A stretch of DNA of 50,422 nucleotides from a virus (taxonomy: Duplodnaviria; Caudoviricetes), in IMG/VR virus record IMGVR_UViG_3300005254_000006, positions 1 to 50,422 of that record; one strand, 5' to 3'. The position numbers were made by a program, and so were the translations under genes. This document shows, one piece after another, positions 1 through 9,471 of the stretch (position 1 is its first letter; every line of letters begins with the position of its first letter). The notes under the pieces are model-generated. The model saw only the letters and a program-made list of their open reading frames with translations, was not told the origin of the DNA and searched no databases.

Positions 1-51
1 CGACCTGATGTCTGACGTGCGGGCGGAAGGGCAGGAGCAAGGAGCATCTGC

Positions 52-120
<69 letters not shown>

Positions 121-223
121 TGATGCGACCTGCGAAGGATGCGTTCTTGCTGGTAATGGGCTGTTTCTATCCCGCGGGCGGATACCTTCGTTCAGGCGTC
201 GAGCCTGGCACTTCGCCGCGACT

Positions 224-242
224 TGGGCAGGGAATGGGCAGG
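224..242 (+). promoter_or_regulatory. Putative integrase arm-type binding site pair (TGGGCAGG x2)
   Basis: TGGGCAGGGAATGGGCAGG matches 50217-50235 at 18/19; the two copies would flank the core in the excised attP. Confidence 0.65.
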
Positions 243-301
243 CGAAGGGCCGGGGCTCGTGGTGAGCGCCCGGCCCTGCCGGTCGTGGGCGTTCGCACTG
301 G

Positions 302-541
302 TCAGTCCTCTTGGTCGCGTGGTGCCTCCTTGCTCGTGAACACGATCGACTCCGCGCCGAGGGTCCGCGTGTAGCCGTCGCGGAACCGGACGGCGTACAC
401 GGTGACCCCGTCCGAGGCTCTCTCGAGCGGTTCGATCTCCGCCACCTTCAGCGGCCGGCTTCGCCCTGGCCGGTCGGCGTAGATCGGCAGGCCGCAGTCG
501 ACGGCCACGGAGACGGACACGGGCTCCAGCCGTGGCCTCAC
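302..541 (-). CDS. Hypothetical protein
   Basis: GTG start overlaps the upstream TGA (GTGA); last gene of the leftward operon. Confidence 0.55.
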   Translation of the reverse strand: MRPRLEPVSVSVAVDCGLPIYADRPGRSRPLKVAEIEPLERASDGVTVYAVRFRDGYTRTLGAESIVFTSKEAPRDQED

Positions 542-885
542 GCCCCCCTCCTCTTCAGGCACAGCAGGCAGCCGCAGCCTGTCTGGTGGACCCACCCGTC
601 GTAGGGCGCCTCCTCCTGCTCGATCTCTTCCATCCTGAGCCGGGAGAGGTTCACCCGATGGAAGCAGCGGAAGATGTGCAGGTAGCACGTCGACTCGTCG
701 CCGGCGGGGTCTGCGGCGATTGCATGACGCCCAGCCTTCAGGACCTCGTCGACGGTGTAGCTGGTGTCGGTTTCCTGCTCGGCCGGTCCCTCGTTCTCGT
801 CCTGCGGCGCCTCGGCCTCCTCTTCGGCCGCCGCGGCGGCCTCGTCCTGCTGGGTCTCGACTGTCTCGTTGGTGGTGTCGGTCAT
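538..885 (-). CDS. Hypothetical protein, acidic N-terminus and Cys/His-rich C-terminus
   Basis: AAGGAG SD; operon context; CxxH...CxCxxC. Confidence 0.7.
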   Translation of the reverse strand: MTDTTNETVETQQDEAAAAAEEEAEAPQDENEGPAEQETDTSYTVDEVLKAGRHAIAADPAGDESTCYLHIFRCFHRVNLSRLRMEEIEQEEAPYDGWVHQTGCGCLLCLKRRGA

Positions 886-886
886 G

Positions 887-1429
887 TCACTGTTCTCCTT
901 TGGCCTGGTGTTCTCTCTCGGAGCGAGCGGCTAGTGCCGGCCACTCGACCTTGCCGACCGATTCGGCCTGCACTCTCGGCACCTCCGCGACCGGCTCTCC
1001 TTGGGCGTGCCGGGCCATGCACCAGAGCAGGTAGGCGTCGGCCTCGTTGTTGTCTGACCCCTCGAAGCCGAACCGCCGGATGGCTGCGGCGATCATGGCG
1101 TCCTTGGGCGAGTTGCCCTTGCCGGTGGCGTACTTCTTCAGGGTCTGGGGCGGGACATCGACGTAGGGCAGCCCGTGTCCCCAAAGCCAGAAGCGCACGA
1201 TGCCGCCGAGCTCCGCGCGGTCGAAGACGCGGCCGGTGTTGCTGCCGATGCTGTAGCCCTCGATGACGACCAGATCGACACCGGCGGCCAGGTCGCGCAC
1301 TGTCCTCGCTATGCGAGCGATGCGTTCCCAGCCGCTCGTCTTGTGCGCCGGCGTCGAGATCACGCCAGTCTCGCCGTCGCGGCACCAGCCGGTGGCAGTC
1401 AGCGAAAGGTCAAGGGCGAGGATGGCCAC
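887..1429 (-). CDS. RuvC-like Holliday junction resolvase
   Basis: ILALDLSLTATG, VVIEGY, LKKYATGKGN.PK and DNNEADA acidic motifs; GTG start just after the SSB stop. Confidence 0.85.
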   Translation of the reverse strand: MAILALDLSLTATGWCRDGETGVISTPAHKTSGWERIARIARTVRDLAAGVDLVVIEGYSIGSNTGRVFDRAELGGIVRFWLWGHGLPYVDVPPQTLKKYATGKGNSPKDAMIAAAIRRFGFEGSDNNEADAYLLWCMARHAQGEPVAEVPRVQAESVGKVEWPALAARSEREHQAKGEQ

Positions 1430-1430
1430 C

Positions 1431-1829
1431 TCAGAATGGGATCTCGGGGTCAAAGTCGTCGCCTCCTCTCGCAGCCTGGTCGCGCCCGGAGCCGCCGGGT
1501 GCCGCGTCCTTCGGGTCGAGGAACACGACGCTCTGGGCGACCACCTTGAGCATGCTGCGCTTCTGTCCGTCCTTGGTCTGCCAGCGGTCGAGGCGCAGCC
1601 GGCCGTCGACCGCGACGCGGCGCCCCTTGGCTAGGTTGTTCGCGCAGGCGGCGCCTATGCGGCCGTAGGCGACGACGTCGACGAACTCGGTGGTGTCCTT
1701 CCAGCCGTCGTCTCCGTCCTTGGCGCGGCCGTTGACGGCCACGCTCATGGCACAGATCGTCTCGCTCGGGGTCGACGGGTCGCGCGTCAGGCGCCCGGTG
1801 AGCGTCACGCGGTTGATGTCGATGCTCAC
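1431..1829 (-). CDS. ssb: Single-stranded DNA-binding protein
   Basis: INRVTLTGRLTRDP, LAKGRRVAVDGRL, C-terminal acidic EIPF tail. Confidence 0.95.
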   Translation of the reverse strand: MSIDINRVTLTGRLTRDPSTPSETICAMSVAVNGRAKDGDDGWKDTTEFVDVVAYGRIGAACANNLAKGRRVAVDGRLRLDRWQTKDGQKRSMLKVVAQSVVFLDPKDAAPGGSGRDQAARGGDDFDPEIPF

Positions 1830-2389
1830 GATGCCTCCAGGCTCTTGGCCGTCTCGCGGCGCAGCTCGTCGAGAGGGTGGTCGCCCTCCGCTGCGCTGGG
1901 CAGGGCCTTGACATCGGCCTTCGGCGCCGGCAACTCGCCGACGGCTCGCTTCGTGACGCTCTGGGCGCGATGCTCGCCGTACAGCTTGAGGAAGTGCGAG
2001 CGATCGGCGCCGGGCATCTGCGAGTAGTACAGCGCACGCAGGCCGCCGATCTCCTTCACGACCTCCTTGATGAGCGGGTGCGACCACTCGGGCCACTTGC
2101 GGTCCTCGTCGTAGTCGTCGTAGTCGTGGACCCGCTCCGAGACCTCCTTCCAGGCGTCGGCCGCCGATGGGATCGACAACTCGCGTTCGGCGACGGCCTC
2201 ACGGATCTCGGACTGGTGGGGACGGAACTTGTGCGAGCGGCGTATCTCGAGGAACGCGACCATGGTCGCCTCATGGTCGAGGTCGACCAGGTCTTCGGCG
2301 TACGCCTTCGCGGTGTCCGGGCTCATCTCGTCTCGTGGCCAGGCGGCCTTGATGAGCCCGATGAGCTTCAGGACTTGCGCCCTGGTCAT
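1826..2389 (-). CDS. Replicative helicase loader/inhibitor (G39P-like)
   Basis: MT...LI..I.AAWP...L.DL......F.P...EIR pattern; directly downstream of the initiator. Confidence 0.65.
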   Translation of the reverse strand: MTRAQVLKLIGLIKAAWPRDEMSPDTAKAYAEDLVDLDHEATMVAFLEIRRSHKFRPHQSEIREAVAERELSIPSAADAWKEVSERVHDYDDYDEDRKWPEWSHPLIKEVVKEIGGLRALYYSQMPGADRSHFLKLYGEHRAQSVTKRAVGELPAPKADVKALPSAAEGDHPLDELRRETAKSLEAS

Positions 2390-3255
2390 GGGATCACCTC
2401 ACAGTCGGACTCGGGGACGTCCTCGGCCTCGGCCATGTCGGCCATGGCGAAGAGATCCTCGGGGGAGAGGTCACGGCTTGCAGTGCGCTGCCTGCCGGCA
2501 TACTGGGCTGGGACCCCATCGACCCACATCGTGTAGCGAGCCTTGCTGCCGCCGACGAAGTTCTCGTTGAGAGGGATGAACTCCATCGAGCCGCCAGCGT
2601 CGAGGTAGGAGCGCAGAGTGCGGGCTGCCGCCAGACAGCGCTCCTGCTCTCTCTTGGGGAGCGCCTTGAATCGCTTCCTGGTCGTCTGCTTGTTGCCGTG
2701 ACTCTTGGGCAGCAGCGACCAGAGGTCGTCGAAGGGGTCGGCGGGGGGGACTATAGGGGGGGTAGAAGATGTATCTATAGTCTCTATGTCTTCTGTGGTT
2801 GTGCTGGAGTCAACCGTTCCGTTGACTTCACCACAACCGTTCCGTTGTGCTGGTGTCAACGGTTGTGTTGTGCTGGTGTCAACGGTTGTGTCTTCATCAA
2901 CGGTTGACTCCACGACAACCGTCTTCGAGACTGAGAATCGACCCCACTTCTCGTAGTTCTTGTTCAGCGCCAGCCGCTGCGCAGTGTGATCGTCCCGGCC
3001 GGCGCTGAGCCTCTTCACAACGCCCTCGGCCACCAGGACCGAGAGAGACCTGCTGACCTGAGCCTTGTCCCTTCCGATGAGTCGCGCGATCAGGCCGACC
3101 GACAGCGCCGCCGACGTCTTGCCGTAGTCACCGTAAGTCTTGAGGATGACGGCCAGGACGACCGCTTGCTGCGCAGCACCGAACGGCGCGAGCAGGATCG
3201 CGCGGTACAGCTCCTTCGAGAACTGGACGAACGGCTCAGGCTGGGGGTTGGCCAC
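2386..3255 (-). CDS. Replication initiator, lambda O-like
   Basis: N-terminal wHTH with AVILKTYG...LNKNYEKW pattern; Thr-rich linker encoded by iterons. Confidence 0.8.
   Translation of the reverse strand: MANPQPEPFVQFSKELYRAILLAPFGAAQQAVVLAVILKTYGDYGKTSAALSVGLIARLIGRDKAQVSRSLSVLVAEGVVKRLSAGRDDHTAQRLALNKNYEKWGRFSVSKTVVVESTVDEDTTVDTSTTQPLTPAQRNGCGEVNGTVDSSTTTEDIETIDTSSTPPIVPPADPFDDLWSLLPKSHGNKQTTRKRFKALPKREQERCLAAARTLRSYLDAGGSMEFIPLNENFVGGSKARYTMWVDGVPAQYAGRQRTASRDLSPEDLFAMADMAEAEDVPESDCEVIP
2798..2919. repeat. Iteron array / phage replication origin
   Basis: Six 17-bp GTTG-N9-CAAC units at 2798, 2821, 2844, 2867, 2885 and 2903, next to an AT-rich stretch at ~2762-2795, inside the initiator gene. 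Confidence 0.8.
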
Positions 3256-3454
3256 TGCTGGACTCCGTCAACACCTCATCACCCCAGCGAACGAACTTGG
3301 CCTCCATTCCGTGGCCCGCGGCGTAGCGCAGGCATGAGAGCTCGTCAGGGAACGGGTAGATCCCCGAGCGGTCGAAGTAATAGGCGACCCAGCATCCGGT
3401 CGGCGCTCCGGGCTGTGGGCTGAACGTTCCGCGCCCGTCCTCTCGGCCCATCAT
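3236..3454 (-). CDS. Hypothetical protein
   Basis: Overlapping start/stop in the operon. Confidence 0.55.
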   Translation of the reverse strand: MMGREDGRGTFSPQPGAPTGCWVAYYFDRSGIYPFPDELSCLRYAAGHGMEAKFVRWGDEVLTESSSGQPPA

Positions 3455-3687
3455 GCACCGCCCTTCGGCTCGTAGCCCTTCACGACGATGCGCGTCGAGA
3501 CGCCGCCGAGGACTCGCGAGAGGCCGACTGGCCGTTCCTTACCGAGCTTGCCTGTGCGAGCGAGGCGTAGCGCGTCCTCGAGCTTGGAGGCCTCGTCTTC
3601 GGTGAGGATGACCATGCCGTCGGTGCTGCGGCGAGACGACCGGTCCTGCTGGAAGGAGTGGATGGCGACCAGACGCTCGCCCATCAC
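3451..3687 (-). CDS. Hypothetical protein
   Basis: Overlapping start/stop in the operon. Confidence 0.6.
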   Translation of the reverse strand: MMGERLVAIHSFQQDRSSRRSTDGMVILTEDEASKLEDALRLARTGKLGKERPVGLSRVLGGVSTRIVVKGYEPKGGA

Positions 3688-4409
3688 GCTACCTCGGCAG
3701 CCTCAGGGTCGCGCTGCCCCTCCGGCCCCTCGTACTCCCAGGGCTCGTCGGCGGCATCTTCGCCGTTCGCACTTTCTTCGACCTCGGATGAGGTCTCGTC
3801 CTTCACCCGGACGCGCACCCGCCGGCCCCACCAAATCGGCGGGATCTCGGCGTGCACGTTGACGACGACATGCTCGCTGTCCTCGCCGGCCGGTGTCGCG
3901 ACGATCTCGAAGTCGTCCAGCTCGGCGTCTTCGCCGGTCTCGCTGAGGTAGTCGGCGATCAGCTCGGCCCAGTGGGTGCGTTCGCCGACCTCGCTCTTGC
4001 GGATCTCGTCGTCCGGGCCGACGACGTAGACGACGCGCTCCTCGGCGTAGGGTTGCCAATCGCTCTCGTCCTTGACGACCTCACCGGTCGCCGTGTCGTA
4101 CGCGATGCCGTCCTTCTCCGCGACGCCATCGAGCGCCGGAAGCGGTGCCGGCTCTTCGCCGACGATCTCTGCGTCCTCGATCTCCTCGTCTGCCTCTACC
4201 CTCGTCTGGGTGACGCTGTGATCGCGCAGTAGCTTGAGCACGTGCTCCTGCTGGGCGATCTTCTCGTCGACCTCTTCAAGGTTGTTCTCGGCGGTGTCGA
4301 GCGCCTTGACTGCCTTCTTCCGCCGCTCGAGCAGGAAGTTGAGCACGGCCTGAGCGCGGTCGGCCTCATCGGCGGGAAACATCTCGGTCTGGGTGTCCTG
4401 GGTGGTCAT
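3684..4409 (-). CDS. Hypothetical acidic protein with N-terminal coiled coil
   Basis: GGAGG SD; ATGA overlap; coherent ORF. Confidence 0.7.
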   Translation of the reverse strand: MTTQDTQTEMFPADEADRAQAVLNFLLERRKKAVKALDTAENNLEEVDEKIAQQEHVLKLLRDHSVTQTRVEADEEIEDAEIVGEEPAPLPALDGVAEKDGIAYDTATGEVVKDESDWQPYAEERVVYVVGPDDEIRKSEVGERTHWAELIADYLSETGEDAELDDFEIVATPAGEDSEHVVVNVHAEIPPIWWGRRVRVRVKDETSSEVEESANGEDAADEPWEYEGPEGQRDPEAAEVA

Positions 4410-4912
4410 CTCTTCCTCCGTGTCACTTCGCGCTCGAGCAGGCGCGAGACGACCTCATGGGTCGCGTCGGCCCGCTCCCACGCGATGCGCTTCTCTGGGT
4501 TCCAAGGTGTGTCGGCGTCGGCCGGCGGCGCGTTGTCGCGCAACTCCGCGGACGCCCGGACGAACTCGATGCACAGGTCGAGCTCGGTCTCGGTCTCTGG
4601 CTTGAACTCGCTCCGTCGCAGGTCCCCGGTGTGCAGTGGGGGAGCGGCGAGCAGTGGGCACTCCGCGGCGTCGGGACGGATGTGGCAGACGTTGGTCTCT
4701 GCCGGCCGCCTCCGACGCCGCGGGCGTGCCTTGTTTGCCGCTCGGGCGGAGCAGGTCTTGCTGCAGTAGATGAAGCCGCCCTTGTTGCGGCGCAGCTCCC
4801 GCCTGGCCCTGTTGACCTCGCGGGTGAAGGACTCCTCGCAGAAGTCGCAGACGAGGACGGCCAGGCCGTCGCTGTCGATGGTGAGGTTCTCGGGATCATT
4901 GTGTCCCGCCAT
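4406..4912 (-). CDS. Hypothetical zinc-finger protein
   Basis: CDFC...YCSKTC motif. Confidence 0.65.
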   Translation of the reverse strand: MAGHNDPENLTIDSDGLAVLVCDFCEESFTREVNRARRELRRNKGGFIYCSKTCSARAANKARPRRRRRPAETNVCHIRPDAAECPLLAAPPLHTGDLRRSEFKPETETELDLCIEFVRASAELRDNAPPADADTPWNPEKRIAWERADATHEVVSRLLEREVTRRKR

Positions 4913-4919
4913 CGTTCCG

Positions 4920-5216
4920 TCAGACGCTCATGGCCATCTGCTGAGCGCTGCGAGAGATCCGCTCGTGCCGGTGCTCTTCGCAGAGCCACCGGCGCCTGTC
5001 GTGAGCGATGGGCCTCCCGCAGATCACGCAGCGCGGCCTGTCCGTGAGCAGGTAGCACTCTCCGACGCGCAGGATCGGCATGCCCTTGCGCGACAGGCGG
5101 CTCACGGCCTGCTCGATCGCGTTGGGCGTCACGTCGATCTCCGATGCCATGCCCTCACATGAGTGGGGCCGACCGTCGGCGAGGGTCTGCTGGACATGCT
5201 CGGTCGCGGAGAGCAT
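4920..5216 (-). CDS. Winged-HTH protein with C-terminal zinc finger
   Basis: LADGRPHSCEGMASEIDVTPNAIEQAVSRL (BirA-like HTH) plus CVIC...CEEH; TGATG overlap with the recT stop. Confidence 0.65.
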   Translation of the reverse strand: MLSATEHVQQTLADGRPHSCEGMASEIDVTPNAIEQAVSRLSRKGMPILRVGECYLLTDRPRCVICGRPIAHDRRRWLCEEHRHERISRSAQQMAMSV

Positions 5217-6508
5217 CAGTCGCCCTCCTGAGCATCTCCTTCGGCCTGGTCCTCGGCTCTCTCGGCCGCCAGCACGTTCCAGCGCGAGAGAAGCTCGTCC
5301 GCCTGGTCCTTCGAGAGGTCGCCGAAGTTCTTGGCCTTCGGAGCGATCTCCTTCACGTCGCCGGCTCGGTCCTGCTGCTCCGACTCTGCGAAGGCTTCCC
5401 ACAGCTCCATCAGGCGGTCGTGCTGGTCGGAGGTGATCTTCGGCGGCCGGCCGCGGCGCTGCTTGGGCTTCTCGGTCTTCTCGTCGTCTGCGGCCTGCTC
5501 GCTCTCCTGCTGCTCGTCCTCCTCTTCAGCCTCGCCTTCCACGACGTCGGGCATCTCGGCGAACGAGTCCATCAGCGCGCGCCAGATGCGTGACGGCATC
5601 TTGTCGAGCTGAGCTCCCGCGTATCCGAGCATCTCGGCTGCGTGGCGGATCGTCTCTGCGACCTGTCCCTCAGCGACCTTGGTGGCAGCGAGAGTGGCGA
5701 GCTCCGCCGACTGCTCCGGTGTGATCGTCTCCGACTCTGCCGCCGGCACGTCGATGTCGCCGGCGAACGCCATGTCGGCCCGGTAGGAGTCCTCGACCAC
5801 CCGGGCCAGCTCGGTGCTCTTCGGGGCCAGCTTGAGGGCGCGGAGCAGGACGGTCTTGCGGCCCATCGCTGTGTAGTCGGTCACCCACGGGCCGACGACC
5901 TTGCTGCCGCCCTTCGCCTTGGGTGCGAAGCGGTCGCGGACCTTGTCGACCTGCGCCTTGGTCATCACCTCGCGCAACGTGCCGCCGTTGACGAGGTGCA
6001 CGACGCTGTAGAAGAGGATGATGTTCTCCTCTTCGGGCTCGACCTCGACGCTCGGCCTGTGGTCGATGTGGGCGTTGTCGCCCAGCGCGTAATCGAACTC
6101 ATCGTCCTTGTAGACAGGGTAGGCGCACAGGTCGGCGACCTCGTTGGACCGCAGCGCCAGCTGCGCCACGCCCTGATAGCCGGGCTGGTAGTTGCACTCA
6201 AGGGTGTGTGTCTTGGAGTTCCAGCGAGGGATGAGGTGAGCCTCTCCCTGCACCCCGGGACGCAGACCGACCTGCGCCGACTGGAGCATGGCGCCCATGA
6301 ACGACTCGGGCGTGCAGTCGGCGAGCTGCGGGTTGATCCGCACGAGGGTGAGGCAGATGCGCCAGTAGGAGTCGACGCTGATGTGTCGCGGCAGGGCGGC
6401 GGCGATCTGCTTCTTGAACCCCTCGCTGCGGAAGATGTCGCCGACGGTCTGGATTTTCTGCGAGGTCTGCCTGGTGGCGACCTCTCGGCTGTTGCTGGTC
6501 TGCGTCAT
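5216..6508 (-). CDS. recT: RecT-family single-strand annealing protein with C-terminal extension
   Basis: AALPRH, L.DCTPESFMGA..QSAQVGL.P, GEAHLIP, GYQG, GPWVTDY.AMGRKTV. Confidence 0.9.
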   Translation of the reverse strand: MTQTSNSREVATRQTSQKIQTVGDIFRSEGFKKQIAAALPRHISVDSYWRICLTLVRINPQLADCTPESFMGAMLQSAQVGLRPGVQGEAHLIPRWNSKTHTLECNYQPGYQGVAQLALRSNEVADLCAYPVYKDDEFDYALGDNAHIDHRPSVEVEPEEENIILFYSVVHLVNGGTLREVMTKAQVDKVRDRFAPKAKGGSKVVGPWVTDYTAMGRKTVLLRALKLAPKSTELARVVEDSYRADMAFAGDIDVPAAESETITPEQSAELATLAATKVAEGQVAETIRHAAEMLGYAGAQLDKMPSRIWRALMDSFAEMPDVVEGEAEEEDEQQESEQAADDEKTEKPKQRRGRPPKITSDQHDRLMELWEAFAESEQQDRAGDVKEIAPKAKNFGDLSKDQADELLSRWNVLAAERAEDQAEGDAQEGD

Positions 6509-7176
6509 CGGACCACGGGCTCCTCTGTCACCCAGATGCGGACACCGGGGATCGGGTTCTCGGGGGTGGCGATGCCGGCCCGCACCGCGGCGCCGATCTT
6601 CTTCTCGTCGATCGAGAGGTACTCGCGCGGGATCTGGGCCGCGTCGATGACCTCGAAGTGGGTGCGCTTGCGGTAGGTGACCTTGGCGCCAGACTCGGTC
6701 TCGACGGTCTTGGCCGGGGCCTCTACCTTCGGGGCCAGAGGGATGACCGGCGGGGCATCCTCGCCGCGCTCCTCAGCCCGCTTGGCGGCCCGCTCCTGGC
6801 GACGCTCGGCCAGCTTGTTGAGCCGCGCCTGCTCCTTGCGCTGGGCCTCCTTGACCCTGGCGCGGTAGTCGCTCGTCTTGCGGGACAGGATCTGGTCGGC
6901 TTCCTGGGCCGGCGACTTCATCGCGTCGAAGTCGCCGCGGATGAGCTTGACCTGCTTGTTGAGCGGATCGAGCCAGCGCTTCTTGAGCCGGTCGATCTTC
7001 TTCACGTAGCCCCGCGCGGCGGTCAGCATCTCCAGGGCGGTGGCGTTGGACGCCTCGTCGACGACCTGCAGCTCGCGCGCCTCGTCGGCGATGGTGCGAG
7101 CCTTCGTCTCGACCTCCTGGACCTCTTCGTCGTTGCGGTACGGGGTCACTTCGAGCTTCTCAGATGGGGTTGCCAT
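6505..7176 (-). CDS. Coiled-coil protein, Gp157/Gam-like
   Basis: Long helical region then EVID...IPREYL.IDEKKI...IPGVRI; lies between exonuclease and recT. Confidence 0.55.
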   Translation of the reverse strand: MATPSEKLEVTPYRNDEEVQEVETKARTIADEARELQVVDEASNATALEMLTAARGYVKKIDRLKKRWLDPLNKQVKLIRGDFDAMKSPAQEADQILSRKTSDYRARVKEAQRKEQARLNKLAERRQERAAKRAEERGEDAPPVIPLAPKVEAPAKTVETESGAKVTYRKRTHFEVIDAAQIPREYLSIDEKKIGAAVRAGIATPENPIPGVRIWVTEEPVVR

Positions 7177-7835
7177 CAGGTGGTCTCCTCTTGCGAGCGG
7201 CGCCACAGGGCGTGGGCGGCGTAGAAGGCCGCCTCATCGACGCTGTGGCGCCGCAGGGGAATCTCGTGCAGTGCCGGCGCCCCGCCCTCGGCGGGCGCCG
7301 GCATGTGGATGATCAGTCGCTCGCAGACCAGCCCCAGCCACTCCTTGGCGATCAGGCGGTAGGCGGCCTGCTGCAGTACGGCGCCGAGGTAGACCCCGGC
7401 GCCGGACTTGTAATCGACGATGACCGGCCGCTTGCGGGCGACCAGGGTGCAGATGAGGTCCGGCTTGCCGGCCACCCGCAGCCGCGGGGAGGCCATCGGC
7501 TCTTCGACGTAGAGGACCTCATCGACGTTGTCGGCCATCCAGTTGCCGAGCAGCTCGACCGAGGCCGCGAAGCGCTCGCCGAGCTGCAACGGCAGCAGCG
7601 GGACGCCACGTGCCATGGCCGCGCCGGCGGCGTGGATGGCGGTACCGAACTCGCCGGCGAGAACCTTGCGACGCTCCATCTCTGCCGGACCGATGGCCTT
7701 CATGGCCGCCAGCAGGTCGGGAGCGTCGGCCAGTTCGGCGACCTTGGTGACCGCGGTCGCCGGTCGACCGTCGAGCATGTAGGCGTGCCGAGCCGGATCG
7801 AAGGCTAGAGTGTGGCTTTCGCAGCCCGTGGTCAC
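7176..7835 (-). CDS. PD-(D/E)XK exonuclease (RecE/RecB-like partner of RecT)
   Basis: GTAIH, VEE, AGKPD, IVDYKSG and LQQAAY motifs. Confidence 0.8.
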   Translation of the reverse strand: MTTGCESHTLAFDPARHAYMLDGRPATAVTKVAELADAPDLLAAMKAIGPAEMERRKVLAGEFGTAIHAAGAAMARGVPLLPLQLGERFAASVELLGNWMADNVDEVLYVEEPMASPRLRVAGKPDLICTLVARKRPVIVDYKSGAGVYLGAVLQQAAYRLIAKEWLGLVCERLIIHMPAPAEGGAPALHEIPLRRHSVDEAAFYAAHALWRRSQEETT

Positions 7836-8041
7836 TCGGCGACCTTCCGTTCGGGGTGCTCGCCGCACCAGTCGTCCTCGGGGTCCACGTAGGGCCATAC
7901 ACTCTCGGGGCGGCTGATGGTGCGCTCGTTGAAGTCGCCGACGACGCTGGTCTCTCCGACGATCACCTTCGGCGGGCGTTTGCGGCAGATGTGGCGCGCC
8001 ACGTCGCACGCCGGGCAGCTCTTGCAGGTGGGCTCGCTCAT
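7832..8041 (-). CDS. Small Cys-rich protein
   Basis: CKSC...ICRKRPP...WP.V...DWCGEH. Confidence 0.7.
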   Translation of the reverse strand: MSEPTCKSCPACDVARHICRKRPPKVIVGETSVVGDFNERTISRPESVWPYVDPEDDWCGEHPERKVAE

Positions 8042-8400
8042 GCGCCCACCGCCTCAGCCGGCTTCTGCGGCCGCGCCACGTCGGTGAACGCGTCGTGGTC
8101 GAACCACCGGAGCGTCTCCTCCATGAAGTCGGCGAACGACTCTGCGGTCGCGGCACGGCGCTTGGGGTCGTGGATGCGGGCGATCGCTGCCGCGACCTGG
8201 GCCGAGAGCTCGTAGGTCTCGACATAGAGCGGGTAGCGCTCGCAGAGATCGGCCGCCTCGGCGACCGGCGAGAGCTCGTACGGGCCGACCAGGCCGCAGT
8301 AGGAGCTGCCCGGGTCGTACTCGGTCGGAGTCTCGCTGCGCATCAGCACGCAGCTCTCGCAGCAAGGCATCTCTGCCGGGCGGAAGTCGGGGCGGCTCAT
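8038..8400 (-). CDS. Hypothetical Cys-rich protein
   Basis: GGAGG SD; CCESC...YC...LCERY. Confidence 0.65.
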   Translation of the reverse strand: MSRPDFRPAEMPCCESCVLMRSETPTEYDPGSSYCGLVGPYELSPVAEAADLCERYPLYVETYELSAQVAAAIARIHDPKRRAATAESFADFMEETLRWFDHDAFTDVARPQKPAEAVGA

Positions 8401-8588
8401 GACCGCCTCCCGCCGCAGATCAGGCACCCTAGGGCAGCGATGACCAGCAGCGCGATCGCGAAGACGGCTGCGGTCTGGTCGACGTGGTCGAGCAGCGCCC
8501 AACGTGGCTCAAGCCAGAAGATGAAGAGAGTCGTGAAGGCGAAGAGCACGGCGGCGAGAGTGATTCGCGTGATGGCCATGCCCCTCAT
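8397..8588 (-). CDS. Small membrane protein (2 TM)
   Basis: Two hydrophobic segments; ATGA overlaps. Confidence 0.6.
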   Translation of the reverse strand: MRGMAITRITLAAVLFAFTTLFIFWLEPRWALLDHVDQTAAVFAIALLVIAALGCLICGGRRS

Positions 8589-8863
8589 GACGAGGCCGCC
8601 TTCCGCTCGCGGTATTGCCGGGACCTCTCCCGTTCGGGCAGCACCACCTCGCCCTTGGCCACCTTCTCGAGCAGGATGGCGACGGCGAGCTTGGGGGTGC
8701 GGCGGTTCGTCTTCGCTCCGCCGATGTTGACGAGGTAGCCCTCGCGCAGCAGCTGGCGGGCGTAGTCGACGCCGATGCCCATGACGCGGGCGATGAGTGG
8801 GGCGTCGAGAGTCTCGGGTGCATCTTCGAGCCGGAGCGGCTCAGGTCGCGGTCCGCGTGGCAT
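8585..8863 (-). CDS. Excisionase/HTH_17-like DNA-binding protein
   Basis: PETLDAPLIARVMGIG...ARQLLREG pattern; first clear gene of the leftward operon. Confidence 0.55.
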   Translation of the reverse strand: MPRGPRPEPLRLEDAPETLDAPLIARVMGIGVDYARQLLREGYLVNIGGAKTNRRTPKLAVAILLEKVAKGEVVLPERERSRQYRERKAASS

Positions 8864-9119
8864 CAGTGCACCCCCTTGATCTGCAGGGTGCAAGCGCCTG
8901 GCGCGGTGGCTGTGATGGCACCGCTATACGTTGCTTTACGCGTGCGCGGTGCTACCATACGCGCGGAGGCGCTTTGCTGAGCTGTCTCTGGAGCGTTGGG
9001 CCGCGAACCTTGCAGGGGGAGCGGCCCCGCTTCGTTTATGGGTCTCAAGATTCCTCCCGTGTGTAGACCCTATGGCGGTGGGGGTTCAGGCGATAGGCAT
9101 CCTCCTTGCATCATGGTGG

Positions 9120-9151
9120 GTGCAAAATCGTTGCACTTGTCCTGGCAAGTG
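9120..9151. promoter_or_regulatory. Two overlapping inverted repeats (operator-like)
   Basis: GTGCAA-N5-TTGCAC (9120-9136) and CACTTG-N6-CAAGTG (9134-9151) in an AT-richer intergenic region. Confidence 0.4.
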
Positions 9152-9443
9152 GTCAAGATAGATGGCTCCGCTGCCGATGAGAGCCCTTGGGTGGAGGGGT
9201 GTGTCGTCAGACGAGACAACACAATATGAGAGCAGCATGAGGTGGTCTCGATGCTGCTGGGGAAGAAGAGACTCTGATAGAGTCCGATCAACCACAATGC
9301 ACCTTCTGGCTGTGTTGTGGCCAGGAAGCCGGACCCGCTCTCCCGTAGCGACCGGCTTCCGACTTTTCTGACAGCCTACACCCCTTCTTTGACCATGCAA
9401 GGCCCTCCTGCCTGCAAAGACTAACGCTCTACTGGAGGGTTCA

Positions 9444-9471
9444 TTGACTCCGCGAACGATGGGGGTAGTCT
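9444..9471 (+). promoter_or_regulatory. Sigma70-type promoter
   Basis: TTGACT-N16-TAGTCT upstream of a GGAGGAG SD. Confidence 0.55.

Noticed and set aside
2798-2919. CRISPR-like mini-array
   Set aside because: Units are 17 bp separated by 1-6 nt, inside the initiator CDS; this fits iterons, and there are no cas genes
7176-7835. Cas4
   Set aside because: No four-cysteine Fe-S motif; sits in a recT recombination module
8863-9400. Short ORFs as a repressor or Cro
   Set aside because: No HTH pattern, atypical composition and no convincing SD
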